Shown here piece after piece: positions 10,786 through 20,696 of a stretch of 64,000 nucleotides of DNA (within the stretch, counting starts at the first letter, position 1; every line of letters begins with the position of its first letter). The position numbers and the translations under genes are program-made. The stretch lies in NCBI GenBank assembly GCA_964387475.1, contig CAYLWU010000017.1, positions 17,464-81,463 of the forward strand. Reading direction: 5' to 3'. Source of the stretch: an uncultured Ohtaekwangia sp. GTDB taxonomy: Bacteria; Bacteroidota; Bacteroidia; Cytophagales; Cyclobacteriaceae. The notes beneath the pieces are model-generated. The model was given only the letters and a program-made list of their open reading frames with translations, did not search any database and had not been told where the DNA came from.

Positions 10786-10934
10786 GTAAAAGGGACGCAA
10801 AGAAAATCAATTTCCTGTATCTATTTGGAAGTTCCGGCAAGAAAAGGCGCGGCCGTTTGTGACGAACACCTGTTCAGCGCATTTCAAGACCAAATCAGTA
10901 TGTACCAAACAGGTTCCACATTTTTTTTAAAAAG

Positions 10935-10966
10935 TTGTTTGAAAATGCGCAAAACATTTAATTTTG
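10935..10966 (+). promoter_or_regulatory. Bacteroidota housekeeping promoter for the exbB operon
   Basis: TAATTTTG (-7 box) at 10959-10966 with TTG/TTTG 17-21 nt upstream. Confidence 0.55.
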
Positions 10967-10998
10967 GCCACTTCAAAAAAGTGATTAAACCTTAAACC

Positions 10999-11802
10999 AT
11001 GAAAAAACAACTCGCTATTCTCACGTTCGTAGGGGTACTTTTCTCCGCAATGGCCTTTGCGCAGGATTCTACAGCTACTCAAACTGATTCGACTGCAACC
11101 CCGGCTGCGGCTGCGGTAGTGGAAGAAACCCCTGTTGCGGATACCGCTGAAGCAACAGAAGAACAAACATTTCATCAAATTCTGAAAGAAAAATTCATTG
11201 AAGGTGGTAAGGAATACATGTGGCCAATCCTCATTTGTTTGATTTTAGGATTAGCAATCTCTATCGAGCGCATTATTACGCTTAACCTGGCCACCACAAA
11301 CACTAAGAAATTATTGAGCCAAATCGAAGACGCGCTTGCAAAAGGTGGTGTTGAAGCCGCAAAAGAAGTAACAAAAAATACCCGTGGCCCTGTTGCCTCT
11401 ATCTTTACGCAAGGTTTGATGCGCCACTCAGAAGGCATTGATATGGTTGAAAAGTCAATTGTATCGTACGGTGGCGTTGAAATGGGCAGACTTGAGCGCG
11501 GTTTGATTTGGATTTCATTGTTCATTTCACTCGGACCAATGCTTGGATTCTTCGGTACTGTAATCGGTATGGTGAATGCATTCGATGCGATTGAAGCAGC
11601 AGGGGATATCTCTCCTTCGATTGTTGCCGGTGGTATGAAAGTGGCCTTGATCACAACCGTTGGTGGTTTAGTGGTGGGTATGATTCTTCAGATCATGTAT
11701 AACTATTTGGTTTCGAAAATTGACAGTCTGGTGAATGGAATGGAAGATGCTTCCATTTCACTGGTGGATATTCTGGTAAAGCACAAACTTGCTAAACACT
11801 AA
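10999..11802 (+). CDS. exbB: MotA/TolQ/ExbB proton channel protein
   Basis: Signal peptide and low-complexity linker, then PMLGFFGTVIGM and GGMKVALITT motifs. Confidence 0.92.
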   Translation: MKKQLAILTFVGVLFSAMAFAQDSTATQTDSTATPAAAAVVEETPVADTAEATEEQTFHQILKEKFIEGGKEYMWPILICLILGLAISIERIITLNLATTNTKKLLSQIEDALAKGGVEAAKEVTKNTRGPVASIFTQGLMRHSEGIDMVEKSIVSYGGVEMGRLERGLIWISLFISLGPMLGFFGTVIGMVNAFDAIEAAGDISPSIVAGGMKVALITTVGGLVVGMILQIMYNYLVSKIDSLVNGMEDASISLVDILVKHKLAKH

Positions 11803-11809
11803 GAGCAAC

Positions 11810-12133
11810 ATGGAAATCACGGATGTAGGTCTATATATCGCTTATGCGGTATTCATAGTGGCCGGGGCAGCAGCGATTGTGTTTCCGCTGGTAAACTCGT
11901 TGAAAAATCCGGGCTCAATCGGTAAGTCATTGGTTGGTGTTGGTGCAATGGTGGTGCTTTTCATCATCGCCTATGTTCTTTCCGGTGACGAGGTAACTGC
12001 CAAATACACCGCACTTGGTGTGGATGCGGGTTCCTCCAAACTCATTGGCGCCGGTTTAACGATGTTTTATTTTGTGATTGTGCTCGGGTTTGTGGGCATA
12101 ATTTATTCTGAGGTCTCTAAAGCATTCAAATAA
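11810..12133 (+). CDS. Conserved small 3-TM membrane protein in the exbB-exbD operon
   Basis: Three hydrophobic segments; operonic spacing; start ATG 11810. Confidence 0.8.
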   Translation: MEITDVGLYIAYAVFIVAGAAAIVFPLVNSLKNPGSIGKSLVGVGAMVVLFIIAYVLSGDEVTAKYTALGVDAGSSKLIGAGLTMFYFVIVLGFVGIIYSEVSKAFK

Positions 12134-12690
12134 TGCCACGTTCAACACCCGAAATACCCAACGCCTCGATGGCCGACATCGCGTTCTTGTTGCTAACCTT
12201 CTTTTTGGTTACAACCACTATCGCGAACGACCGAGGCTTGAGTATTCAGTTGCCTCCGCCTCCGGAAGCTCAGCAGCAGGAGGAGATCAAAATTCAAGAG
12301 CGGAATATGTTTAAGATTCAAATCAACTCGTTCGACCTGCTGTTGATCGAAGGTGAGCCGAATCAAGACATTTCCAACTTGAAAGAGGATATTAAGAAGT
12401 TCATCGTAAACAACGGTGCTGATCCCAACTCATCGGACAGCCCCGAGAAGGCGATTGTTTCAATCAAAACCGACCGTGGTACCAGCCACAAAAAGTTTAT
12501 TGAAATCCTCGACATCTGCCAGGCAGCGTATTACGACATCTGGGCAGAACGCGCAGGCGTAACCAATCAGGAGTTTCGCGATGCGGCTTCGGATTTGGCG
12601 AACCCGGATAATAAAGCGATTTATGAAAAGGGTCGTGCCGGATTACCGATGAATATCTCGATTGCTGAACCTACCAAAGTAGGGGGCTAA
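12133..12690 (+). CDS. exbD: ExbD/TolR family protein
   Basis: SMADIAFLLLTFFLVTT TM segment with the conserved Asp. Confidence 0.92.
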   Translation: MPRSTPEIPNASMADIAFLLLTFFLVTTTIANDRGLSIQLPPPPEAQQQEEIKIQERNMFKIQINSFDLLLIEGEPNQDISNLKEDIKKFIVNNGADPNSSDSPEKAIVSIKTDRGTSHKKFIEILDICQAAYYDIWAERAGVTNQEFRDAASDLANPDNKAIYEKGRAGLPMNISIAEPTKVGG

Positions 12691-12704
12691 AACTGAATCA
12701 AGCT

Positions 12705-13175
12705 ATGTCAAAATTCAAAAAGAAAACACAGGTTAAGCAGGACATCCCAACTTCGTCCATGCCCGATGTGGTATTCATGTTGTTGTTCTTTTTCATGGTA
12801 ACAACAGAGATGCGTGAAACTACCATTAACGTGCAGCAGCGCATTCCCGAAGCCACCCAGCTGAGGAAGTTGCAGCGGAAGTCGTTGGTAACAAACTTGT
12901 TTATCGGTGAGCCTCGCAAACTGGAGGAGTTTGGTAAGGAACCCAAAATTCAGGCCGGAGATGTGTTCATCGAGCCAAAGGATATCGTTTTGTGGGTAAA
13001 CCGCGAAAAAGATAAGTTGGCAGAAAACGAGCGTGATCAACTTACTGTTGCACTGAAGGTAGACGGTGACGCAAAGCGCGGTATCATCGCTGATGTTGAA
13101 ACCGAGCTTCGCAAAGCGAATGCCCGTAAAGTACTTTACACCGTGCTCGAAAAGCGCACGGCCAGAAAAGGATAA
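12705..13175 (+). CDS. exbD: ExbD/TolR family protein
   Basis: SMPDVVFMLLFFFMVTT TM segment; LKVD motif. Confidence 0.92.
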   Translation: MSKFKKKTQVKQDIPTSSMPDVVFMLLFFFMVTTEMRETTINVQQRIPEATQLRKLQRKSLVTNLFIGEPRKLEEFGKEPKIQAGDVFIEPKDIVLWVNREKDKLAENERDQLTVALKVDGDAKRGIIADVETELRKANARKVLYTVLEKRTARKG

Positions 13176-13199
13176 GAGTTAGTTGTTTTTCATGTTTTT

Positions 13200-13230
13200 A
13201 AGCCCCTTTCTGTTCGCAGGAAGGGGCTTT
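13200..13230 (+). terminator. Intrinsic terminator after exbD
   Basis: AAGCCCCTTTCTG-TTCG-CAGGAAGGGGCTT hairpin followed by a T-rich tail. Confidence 0.8.
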
Positions 13231-13247
13231 CTGTTTATCATTGTGCT

Positions 13248-14561
13248 ATGGCTTTGGTCTCTGCAATTGCGGTAAACAATCCCAGGGTAATCCGTGCCTG
13301 GTGCATGTACGACTGGGCCAACTCCGTGTATTCGCTGGTCATTACCTCCGCAATTTTTCCGGTGTATTACAAATCGGTAATGCGGCAAGCGGGTGGCGAT
13401 CAGGTGAGTTTTTTGGGCTTTTCTTTGGATAGCTCTGTCTTGTACTCGTACGCGCTTTCTTTCTCTTTTTTGGTAGTGGCGGTAATGTTGCCGTTGCTGT
13501 CGGGTGTGGCCGACTATGTGGGGCGCAAAAAATTGTTCATGCAGTTTTTTGTGATGCTCGGCAGCAGCGCGTGCATGGGCCTGTTTTTCTTTCGCGGGCC
13601 CTCGGATTTGAATTGGGCCATCACGTGTTCCGTGCTGGCAAGCATCGGCTTTAGCGGCAGCCTGGTGTTTTATAACGCGTTTCTGCCTGAAATTGCTTCG
13701 CCCGATCAATTCGACCGCATCAGTGCGCGGGGCTTTAGCATGGGCTATTATGGGTCTGTGCTGTTGATGGTGCTGTGCCTGGCGATGATTTTGAATGCCA
13801 CAGCGTTTGGTTTTGCGGATGAAGGCGCTGCTTCGCGTTTTTCTTTTCTGCTCACCGGGGTTTGGTGGTTTGGCTTTGCGCTCATTCCTTTCCTGGTGCT
13901 CAAAGAAAACGGCTCGCCAACGGAGAAAAAAGACGTGCTCCTAAAAGGCTATCACGAGCTATTGGGGGTGTGGAAACGCATTCGGCAGTTGCCGTCGTTG
14001 AAGCGATATCTGTTATCCTTTTTTTTCTTCAACATGGGCGTGCAGACAATCATGTACCTGGCCACATTGTTTGGCACCGATGTGCTCCATTTGGCAGACG
14101 ATAAATTGATCGGCACCATTCTGGTAATTCAATTGGTAGGTGCGCTGGGCGCAGGTTTGTTTGCCCGGGTCTCGGGCAAACTGGGTAATAAACTTGCGCT
14201 TGTGATCATGATTGGGATTTGGATTTTGGTCTGCGTGGTGGCCTATGCACTGCAAACGGAGTGGCAGTTTTACGCACTGGCGTTTGTTGTGGGTATGATC
14301 ATGGGCGGTATCCAATCGCTATCGCGCGCAACGTATGCAAAATTGATCCCGGCCGATACCCAGGATCATGCCTCGTTTTTTAGTTTTTACGATGTTACGT
14401 ACAACGTGTCGATTGTGTTGGGCACGTTTTCGTTTGGCTTGATTAACCAAATCACCGGTACCATGCGCAACAGTGCGCTGGGTTTGGGCGTATTTTTTGT
14501 ACTGGGGCTGGTGGCGTTGCTTACCGTTACGGACAGCCGACTTGCCGCTCGCCGCCGCTAA
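13248..14561 (+). CDS. MFS transporter (UMF1/Atg22-like)
   Basis: WCMYDWANS, FYNAFLPEIA and QSLSRA motifs; about 12 TM segments. Confidence 0.9.
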   Translation: MALVSAIAVNNPRVIRAWCMYDWANSVYSLVITSAIFPVYYKSVMRQAGGDQVSFLGFSLDSSVLYSYALSFSFLVVAVMLPLLSGVADYVGRKKLFMQFFVMLGSSACMGLFFFRGPSDLNWAITCSVLASIGFSGSLVFYNAFLPEIASPDQFDRISARGFSMGYYGSVLLMVLCLAMILNATAFGFADEGAASRFSFLLTGVWWFGFALIPFLVLKENGSPTEKKDVLLKGYHELLGVWKRIRQLPSLKRYLLSFFFFNMGVQTIMYLATLFGTDVLHLADDKLIGTILVIQLVGALGAGLFARVSGKLGNKLALVIMIGIWILVCVVAYALQTEWQFYALAFVVGMIMGGIQSLSRATYAKLIPADTQDHASFFSFYDVTYNVSIVLGTFSFGLINQITGTMRNSALGLGVFFVLGLVALLTVTDSRLAARRR

Positions 14562-15328
14562 AAGCGGAGGTGCTTTACCGTCATTCCGTTATTGATCAAC
14601 TGCTTCAGCGAATTAATTCCAATTTTCAAATGAAGATCCACGTAATTGGCCGTAACCACTTTGTCGCTGGTTTCGGTTTTTACGCCATCCGGCACCATGG
14701 GTTGATCCGATACCAGCAGTAGCGCCCCGGCTGGAATTTCATTGTAAAAAGCGGTCGAAAAGATCGTGGCCGTTTCCATGTCAATGGCCATGGCGCGAAT
14801 CTTGCGCAAATATTCTTTAAAATTCTCGTCCCACTCCCATACTCGGCGGTTGGTGGTGTACACAGTCCCACTCCAGTAATCCTGATTGTGATCGCGTATG
14901 GTTGTGGAGATCGCTTTTTGCAACGCGAAGGAGGGCAACGCGGGTACCTCCGGAGGGAAGTAGTCGTTGGAGGTACCTTCTCCGCGGATGGCCGCAATGG
15001 GTAGAATAAAATCCCCGAGGTCGTTCTTGCGCTTAAGCCCCCCACATTTACCTAGAAACAGGCAGGCTTTGGGCTTGATTGCCGTTAGGCAGTCCATAAT
15101 GGTTGCGGCATTTGGGCTACCCATCCCGAAGTTGATCATGGTAATGCCTTCGGCCGTGGCGCTGAGCATGGCGCGGTCTTCTCCCGCTACGGGCACGTTA
15201 TGCCATTCTGCAAACTTGCGCACGTAGTTGTCGAAATTGGTAAGCAAAATATACTGGCCGAAGCTTTCCAGCGGCAGCCCGGTGTAGCGAGGAAGCCAAT
15301 TTTCAACAATGTCCTGTTTGCTCTTCAT
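14558..15328 (-). CDS. amn: AMP nucleosidase (short Bacteroidota type)
   Basis: NWLPRYTG, NFGMGSPNAAT, FLGKCGG and DMETAT motifs. Confidence 0.92.
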   Translation of the reverse strand: MKSKQDIVENWLPRYTGLPLESFGQYILLTNFDNYVRKFAEWHNVPVAGEDRAMLSATAEGITMINFGMGSPNAATIMDCLTAIKPKACLFLGKCGGLKRKNDLGDFILPIAAIRGEGTSNDYFPPEVPALPSFALQKAISTTIRDHNQDYWSGTVYTTNRRVWEWDENFKEYLRKIRAMAIDMETATIFSTAFYNEIPAGALLLVSDQPMVPDGVKTETSDKVVTANYVDLHLKIGINSLKQLINNGMTVKHLRF

Positions 15329-15352
15329 AATAAAATCAAATTTCTTTGGTGC

Positions 15353-15796
15353 GTGTACGCGTTAAACCTGCCTCCGGTTGAGCTAACAACCAAAAAAGAG
15401 AATGGCAAAGTATGGATTTTTGATGGGATCCGGAAGAAATACATCCAGCTCACCCCCGAAGAGTGGGTACGTCAACACTTTATTCATTATTTAATCCAAG
15501 AGCTTCGCTACCCAAAGTCACTTTTTCGGGTGGAGGGGAGTTTGCAATACAACCGCTTGCAAAAGCGATCGGATATTTTGGTATGCGATCGGCAGGGGAA
15601 GCCGTGGATGCTGATCGAGTGCAAATCGCCCGCCATTAAACTCACGCAAAAAGCGTTTAACCAGGTGGCGGTTTACAATCTTACCGTGGGTGCGCAATAT
15701 TTGGCGGTAACCAACGGAATGGTGCATTACTGCTGGTTACGCGGAATCGATAACCCGGAGCCGGTTTTTTTAAACGAGTTTCCACCGTTTCAATAA
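15353..15796 (+). CDS. Stand-alone type I restriction HsdR N-terminal domain protein
   Basis: LNLP, IFDGIRKKY, TPEEWVRQ, RSDI, ECK and VTNG motifs; likely GTG start at 15353. Confidence 0.85.
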   Translation: MYALNLPPVELTTKKENGKVWIFDGIRKKYIQLTPEEWVRQHFIHYLIQELRYPKSLFRVEGSLQYNRLQKRSDILVCDRQGKPWMLIECKSPAIKLTQKAFNQVAVYNLTVGAQYLAVTNGMVHYCWLRGIDNPEPVFLNEFPPFQ

Positions 15797-15830
15797 AAAA
15801 ACTCCGGTTGCCCGCAAGCCCCCGGAGTTT
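15795..15830 (-). terminator. Terminator of ald (possibly bidirectional)
   Basis: AAACTCCGG...CCGGAGTTT inverted repeat between convergent genes, flanked by an A-tract. Confidence 0.65.
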
Positions 15831-15849
15831 CTGATCGGTTGTCGGACAC

Positions 15850-16965
15850 TTAACCCAGAAATTCTTTCACATCCGTGTAGGGCAGACTAAAGGCATCGGC
15901 CACGGCTTTGTAAACTACCTTGCCGCCAATCATGTTTAATCCTTTGCGCAGATCGGTGTTATCTGCACACGCTTTCTTCCATCCGTGGTTCGCCAGTTTA
16001 ATCGCGTAGGGCAGGGTTGCATTGGTCAGTGCCCACGTAGAGGTGTACGGTACAGCGCCGGGCATGTTGGCCACGCAATAGTGCACCACGTCATCAATAA
16101 TATACGTAGGGTCTTCGTGCGTGGTGGGCTTGCAGGTTTCAATGCAACCACCTTGATCTACCGCTACATCTACCAATACCGTGCCTGGGCGCATCGTCTT
16201 CAACATATCGCGGGTAATGAGTTTGGGCGCTTTTGCTCCGGGTATCAATACCGCACCAACAATCAGGTCATGATTTTTTACCAACTCGCGAATAACGTAG
16301 TCGTTCGAAACCATCGTATGCACATTTTTCGGCATCACGTCGTCCAGGTAGCGGAGGCGGTTGATGTTCACATCCGTAATCGTAACATCGGCACCCATGC
16401 CAGCCGCAATTTTGGCAGCGTTGGTGCCCACTACACCACCGCCCAAAATCAACACTTTAGCGGGCATTACACCGGGAACACCGCCCAATAAGATGCCGCG
16501 CCCCTTTAATGGCTTTTCTAAGTACTTGGCGCCTTCTTGAATGGACATCCGGCCCGCCACTTCCGACATCGGCACCAACAACGGCAGACTACCGTCCACA
16601 CGCTCTACGGTTTCGTAGGCGAGGCAAACCGCACCGGTTTTAATCATGGCATGCGCCAGCGGTTCGTACGAAGCAAAATGAAAATATGTAAAAACGAGTT
16701 GATCTTTGCGAATCAAGTTGTACTCGGCTTCGATGGGTTCTTTCACTTTCATGATCATCTCGGCTGTGTCAAACACCTCTTTTGGGGTGGACAACATCTT
16801 TGCGCCGGCCCCGAGGTATTCCTCATCCGAAAAACCGCTGCCCACACCGGCGGTCTTTTGCACGTACACGGTGTGTCCTCTGCGTACCAACTCCTGCGCG
16901 CCGGCCGGGGTTAACGCCACGCGGTTCTCGTTATTTTTGATTTCTTTCGGAACGCCTACAATCAT
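15850..16965 (-). CDS. ald: Alanine dehydrogenase
   Basis: GVPKEIK..ENRVA, KVKEP, GGGVVG, DVAVDQGG and VANMPGAVP motifs. Confidence 0.97.
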   Translation of the reverse strand: MIVGVPKEIKNNENRVALTPAGAQELVRRGHTVYVQKTAGVGSGFSDEEYLGAGAKMLSTPKEVFDTAEMIMKVKEPIEAEYNLIRKDQLVFTYFHFASYEPLAHAMIKTGAVCLAYETVERVDGSLPLLVPMSEVAGRMSIQEGAKYLEKPLKGRGILLGGVPGVMPAKVLILGGGVVGTNAAKIAAGMGADVTITDVNINRLRYLDDVMPKNVHTMVSNDYVIRELVKNHDLIVGAVLIPGAKAPKLITRDMLKTMRPGTVLVDVAVDQGGCIETCKPTTHEDPTYIIDDVVHYCVANMPGAVPYTSTWALTNATLPYAIKLANHGWKKACADNTDLRKGLNMIGGKVVYKAVADAFSLPYTDVKEFLG

Positions 16966-17052
16966 GATTCTGGAATTTTAACTTTGAACAACTTTTTGGA
17001 GCCGCAAATATAGCGATCGGATACGATTGCAGAGGCCACTAAAACCGATTTT

Positions 17053-17436
17053 ATGACACCAGCAGGCAGCCCGGTTTACTTTGCATTTTACGGTTCGTTG
17101 CGCAGGGGTATGCAGAATTACCTCGCTTTCGCGGATGAGTTGGAATACCTGCATTCGGCTTGGTTGCGTGGTTACAAAATGTACGCGTTGCAAGAATATC
17201 CGTGTGTTGTGAAAGCAGGGCCGGAGTCGAAAATCCTGGTAGAAATTATGCGCGCCAAAACGGCCCACTGCGCGGCGCAGATTCACCAGTTGGAACTTGA
17301 TACCGGTTACGCGTTTGAAACGATTTCGGTGGCCGGGCAAGATGCGTGGTTGTATTATTTTGTTCAACCTCCAAATGATCGGGTGGTCGCCTCGGGCGAT
17401 TGGGTTACATTCTTCCGGGAATTTTATCGGCCTTAA
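17053..17436 (+). CDS. Gamma-glutamylcyclotransferase family protein
   Basis: FYGSLRRG, YP and SGDW motifs. Confidence 0.8.
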   Translation: MTPAGSPVYFAFYGSLRRGMQNYLAFADELEYLHSAWLRGYKMYALQEYPCVVKAGPESKILVEIMRAKTAHCAAQIHQLELDTGYAFETISVAGQDAWLYYFVQPPNDRVVASGDWVTFFREFYRP

Positions 17437-17514
17437 TCAAAAATTTTGTGCGCAGAAAAACCGGAAAATGCTGGCCGATTTTTCCCTATTTTTGGCCTGA
17501 AAACGTTTTCTATC

Positions 17515-19908
17515 GTGAGCCAGGCAAAAACCATTCGACACAGCGAAACGCAGGTGCAGGAGTTGCTCACCGACTTCCATCTGGCCTGCATGAGTCGAGA
17601 AGCCAGCGTGCTCGGCCGCAAAGAGGTGTTTATGGGCAAAGCCAAATTCGGGATTTTTGGCGATGGAAAAGAATTGGCTCAACTGGCCATGGCCAAGGTT
17701 TTTGAGCCAGGCGATTTTCGCTCCGGCTACTATCGGGATCAAACATTCATGCTCGCCATTGGCGAGCTTACGTTACAGCAATATTTCGCGCAACTGTATG
17801 CCCACACCGACGTGGCGGCTGACCCCGCCTCGGCCGGGCGACTAATGAATGGCCATTTTGCTACGCGCATGTTGGATGAAGACGGCAGGTTTAAGCATCT
17901 GGCCGCGTTAAAAAATTCCAGCGCAGACATTTCGCCCACAGCAGCGCAAATGCCGCGGTTGCTTGGCCTGGCTTATGCCTCAAAGCTGTTTCGCGAGAAC
18001 CACGCGCTTCACGCCTTTACGCAGTTCTCCAATAAAGGGAGCGAGGTGGCATTTGGCACTATTGGCAATGCCTCTACTTCCGAAGGCATGTTCTTCGAAA
18101 CGCTCAATGCTGCCGGGGTGCTGCAGGTGCCCATGTTAATTTCGGTTTGGGATGATGAGTATGGCATATCAGTACCAAACAAATACCAGACTACCAAGGG
18201 CAGCATCTCAAAGATTCTGGCCGGGCTTCAGCGCGATAAAAAGGACAAAGGCTTTGAGATTTTAACTGTTCGGGGGTGGGATTATCCGGCGTTGTTAGCA
18301 ACCTATCAAAAAGCAGCGCGTATTTGTCGCGATGAGCATGTGCCGGTGTTGGTGCACGTGGTGGAAATGACGCAGCCTCAAGGCCATTCCACCAGTGGCT
18401 CGCACGAGCGTTACAAATCAAAAGAGCGGCTCGAGTGGGAAAAGCAGTTCGACTGCATTCTCAAGTTAAAAGAATATCTGCTTGAGCAAGGTCTTGCGCT
18501 GCCAGAGCAATTGGTGGAGATCGAAAAGCAGGCAAAAGACGAGGCGAAGCGGGCCAAAGAAACGGCGTGGAAGGAATTCAACGAAGACATTCAAATCGAT
18601 CAGCAAGCGTTGGATACAATACTCGCAGAAATGGCCGACCTCCCGGAAGTTGTAGAGATTCGGCAGGAGTTGCGACAGACCGTTAATCCGTTACGCCTTG
18701 ATGGAATAAAAACTGCAAAAAAAGTTGCCCGTGTTTTGCGCGTGCGCGAACATCCCGCCAAGGCCAGCTTGATCGCCTGGCTTGAGCGAACGGCACGCGA
18801 GAATGAGGAACGCTACAGCTCGCACTTGCACAGCAATTCAACTGAGTCGGCTCTGACGGTAGCCGGAGAACCCGCGGTGTACTCCGATGCATCGCCACTC
18901 GTAGATGGCCGTGAGGTGCTGCGTGCGTGTTTTCAACAGGCGCTTACCCGCGACCCGCGCATTTTCGCGCTGGGTGAGGATGTGGGAAAAATCGGTGACG
19001 TGAACCAGGGGTTTGCGGGGCTGCAAGAGATTTTTGGTGAGTTGCGCGTAACCGATACCGGCATTCGCGAGTGCACCATTGTAGGGCAGGCCATTGGCGC
19101 TGCGCTGCGTGGCTTACGCCCGATTGCGGAGATTCAATACCTGGACTATCTGCTTTACGCGATCCAGATTTTGTCGGACGACCTGGCCTCTTTACAGTAC
19201 CGTACCAGGGGTGGGCAAAAGTCGCCCGTTATCATTCGCACGCGCGGCCATCGGCTGGAAGGAGTGTGGCACGCAGGTTCGCCCATGGGCATGATTCTCC
19301 ACAGCCTGCGCGGCATGTATGTACTCGTGCCACGCAACATGACGCAGGCTGCAGGCTTCTACAACACGCTGTTACAGTCGGACGATCCTGCGCTCATGGT
19401 GGAGTGTTTAAATGGCTATCGGTTAAAAGAACGAATTCCGGATAACCTTGAAACGTTTACGGTGCCGCTGGGTGTGCCCGAGGTATTGCGCACGGGCGAT
19501 GATGTAACCGTTGTAACCTACGGCTCCATGTGTCGTGTGGTGATGGACGCGGCCAACGAACTGCACGCGGCCGGTATTGAGTGCGAAGTAATTGATGTGC
19601 AAACCTTATTGCCGTTCGACCGGCACCACCGCATTTTGGAATCCGTAAAGAAAACAAACCGTGTGGTGTTTGCTGATGAAGATGTGCCGGGTGGTGCCAC
19701 CGCATTTATGATGCAGCAGGTGTTGGAAGAACAGCAGGCCTATGCGTTTTTGGATGCCAAGCCCGTAACGATTACGGGGAAAGCGCATCGCCCAGCATAC
19801 GGATCAGATGGTGATTATTTTTCCAAGCCAAATGTAGACCAGGTGTTTGAGGTGGTCTATGCGCTGATGCGCGAGGCCGATCCCGAAAGATTCCCCGCGT
19901 TGTATTAA
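17515..19908 (+). CDS. 2-oxoacid (branched-chain) dehydrogenase E1, fused alpha/beta subunit
   Basis: GYYRDQT, GNASTSEG, GHSTSG, GEDVG and DTGIRE motifs; TATTTTTG -7 box at 17487-17494 favours the GTG start at 17515. Confidence 0.9.
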   Translation: MSQAKTIRHSETQVQELLTDFHLACMSREASVLGRKEVFMGKAKFGIFGDGKELAQLAMAKVFEPGDFRSGYYRDQTFMLAIGELTLQQYFAQLYAHTDVAADPASAGRLMNGHFATRMLDEDGRFKHLAALKNSSADISPTAAQMPRLLGLAYASKLFRENHALHAFTQFSNKGSEVAFGTIGNASTSEGMFFETLNAAGVLQVPMLISVWDDEYGISVPNKYQTTKGSISKILAGLQRDKKDKGFEILTVRGWDYPALLATYQKAARICRDEHVPVLVHVVEMTQPQGHSTSGSHERYKSKERLEWEKQFDCILKLKEYLLEQGLALPEQLVEIEKQAKDEAKRAKETAWKEFNEDIQIDQQALDTILAEMADLPEVVEIRQELRQTVNPLRLDGIKTAKKVARVLRVREHPAKASLIAWLERTARENEERYSSHLHSNSTESALTVAGEPAVYSDASPLVDGREVLRACFQQALTRDPRIFALGEDVGKIGDVNQGFAGLQEIFGELRVTDTGIRECTIVGQAIGAALRGLRPIAEIQYLDYLLYAIQILSDDLASLQYRTRGGQKSPVIIRTRGHRLEGVWHAGSPMGMILHSLRGMYVLVPRNMTQAAGFYNTLLQSDDPALMVECLNGYRLKERIPDNLETFTVPLGVPEVLRTGDDVTVVTYGSMCRVVMDAANELHAAGIECEVIDVQTLLPFDRHHRILESVKKTNRVVFADEDVPGGATAFMMQQVLEEQQAYAFLDAKPVTITGKAHRPAYGSDGDYFSKPNVDQVFEVVYALMREADPERFPALY

Positions 19909-19911
19909 CGC

Positions 19912-20661
19912 CTACCTGCGAATACTCTGAAGCGTAAACTCCGGAGTTTCGATTACGTTACTGCGGTTCAATTCGCGGTCTTGGATCCACACACGAAGTT
20001 TTAGTGTACGAATACTGAAGGCCGATAAAAATCCCACCGAGCGCATGGGGTAGGTAATAGTGCCTTCCAACGGAGCACTGCCCACGCCCTCTTTTTGTAA
20101 ACGGGGTAAACGGCCGTTAAAATCCACGCAGAATAGTTCTTTCCAATCGTATTCGGTAAAAGTGCCGTTGGCGTTTTTGGTGTAAAACTCAACGAAGATG
20201 TTGTTAAAGTTGGGATTACTCTGGAAGTACACGGTATCGATTACCCGCGGCGGGCTGGCGTTGTTGAAAACCAACTCCCAGTTTAAACAATCGAATGGGC
20301 GCACGTAGGCGGGCAGCGTATCATAACCGCGCACTGTTCTTCGGCTGCGATAGTTTACCAGTTTGCGGGTGGTGCTTCGGGTTGTAAGCTTTTGGTTGGT
20401 ACCTTCTTCGAAATAAAAATATTGCGCATACGCGGGTTGCCCGTTGCTGTTTACGAATTCATCGGTTCGCAGACCCACATCGCCATTACCATCCCGAAAG
20501 TTAAGACGCAGTACAAGGGTATCCGCCCCAGAAGGCACATCGCGAAAAAACACCTCGGCAAAGTCAATGGAAGGAGTAGTGGGAAAATTCGGGGGATCAA
20601 AGCATGAAAATGCGATGGCGAATAAGCCTACCATAAACACGCCCCCAACAAGTCTTCTCAT
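19912..20661 (-). CDS. Hypothetical lipoprotein
   Basis: Lipobox AFSC followed by FDPPNFPTTPSIDF; DGNGDVG motif. Confidence 0.75.
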   Translation of the reverse strand: MRRLVGGVFMVGLFAIAFSCFDPPNFPTTPSIDFAEVFFRDVPSGADTLVLRLNFRDGNGDVGLRTDEFVNSNGQPAYAQYFYFEEGTNQKLTTRSTTRKLVNYRSRRTVRGYDTLPAYVRPFDCLNWELVFNNASPPRVIDTVYFQSNPNFNNIFVEFYTKNANGTFTEYDWKELFCVDFNGRLPRLQKEGVGSAPLEGTITYPMRSVGFLSAFSIRTLKLRVWIQDRELNRSNVIETPEFTLQSIRR

Positions 20662-20696
20662 CGTATCTTTGAATCGGTTTGTAAGTTAGTCAACAG

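Noticed and set aside
10698..10998. tRNA-Ser as an integration site
   Set aside because: No integrase, no duplicated tRNA 3' end seen, and the flanking genes are core genes
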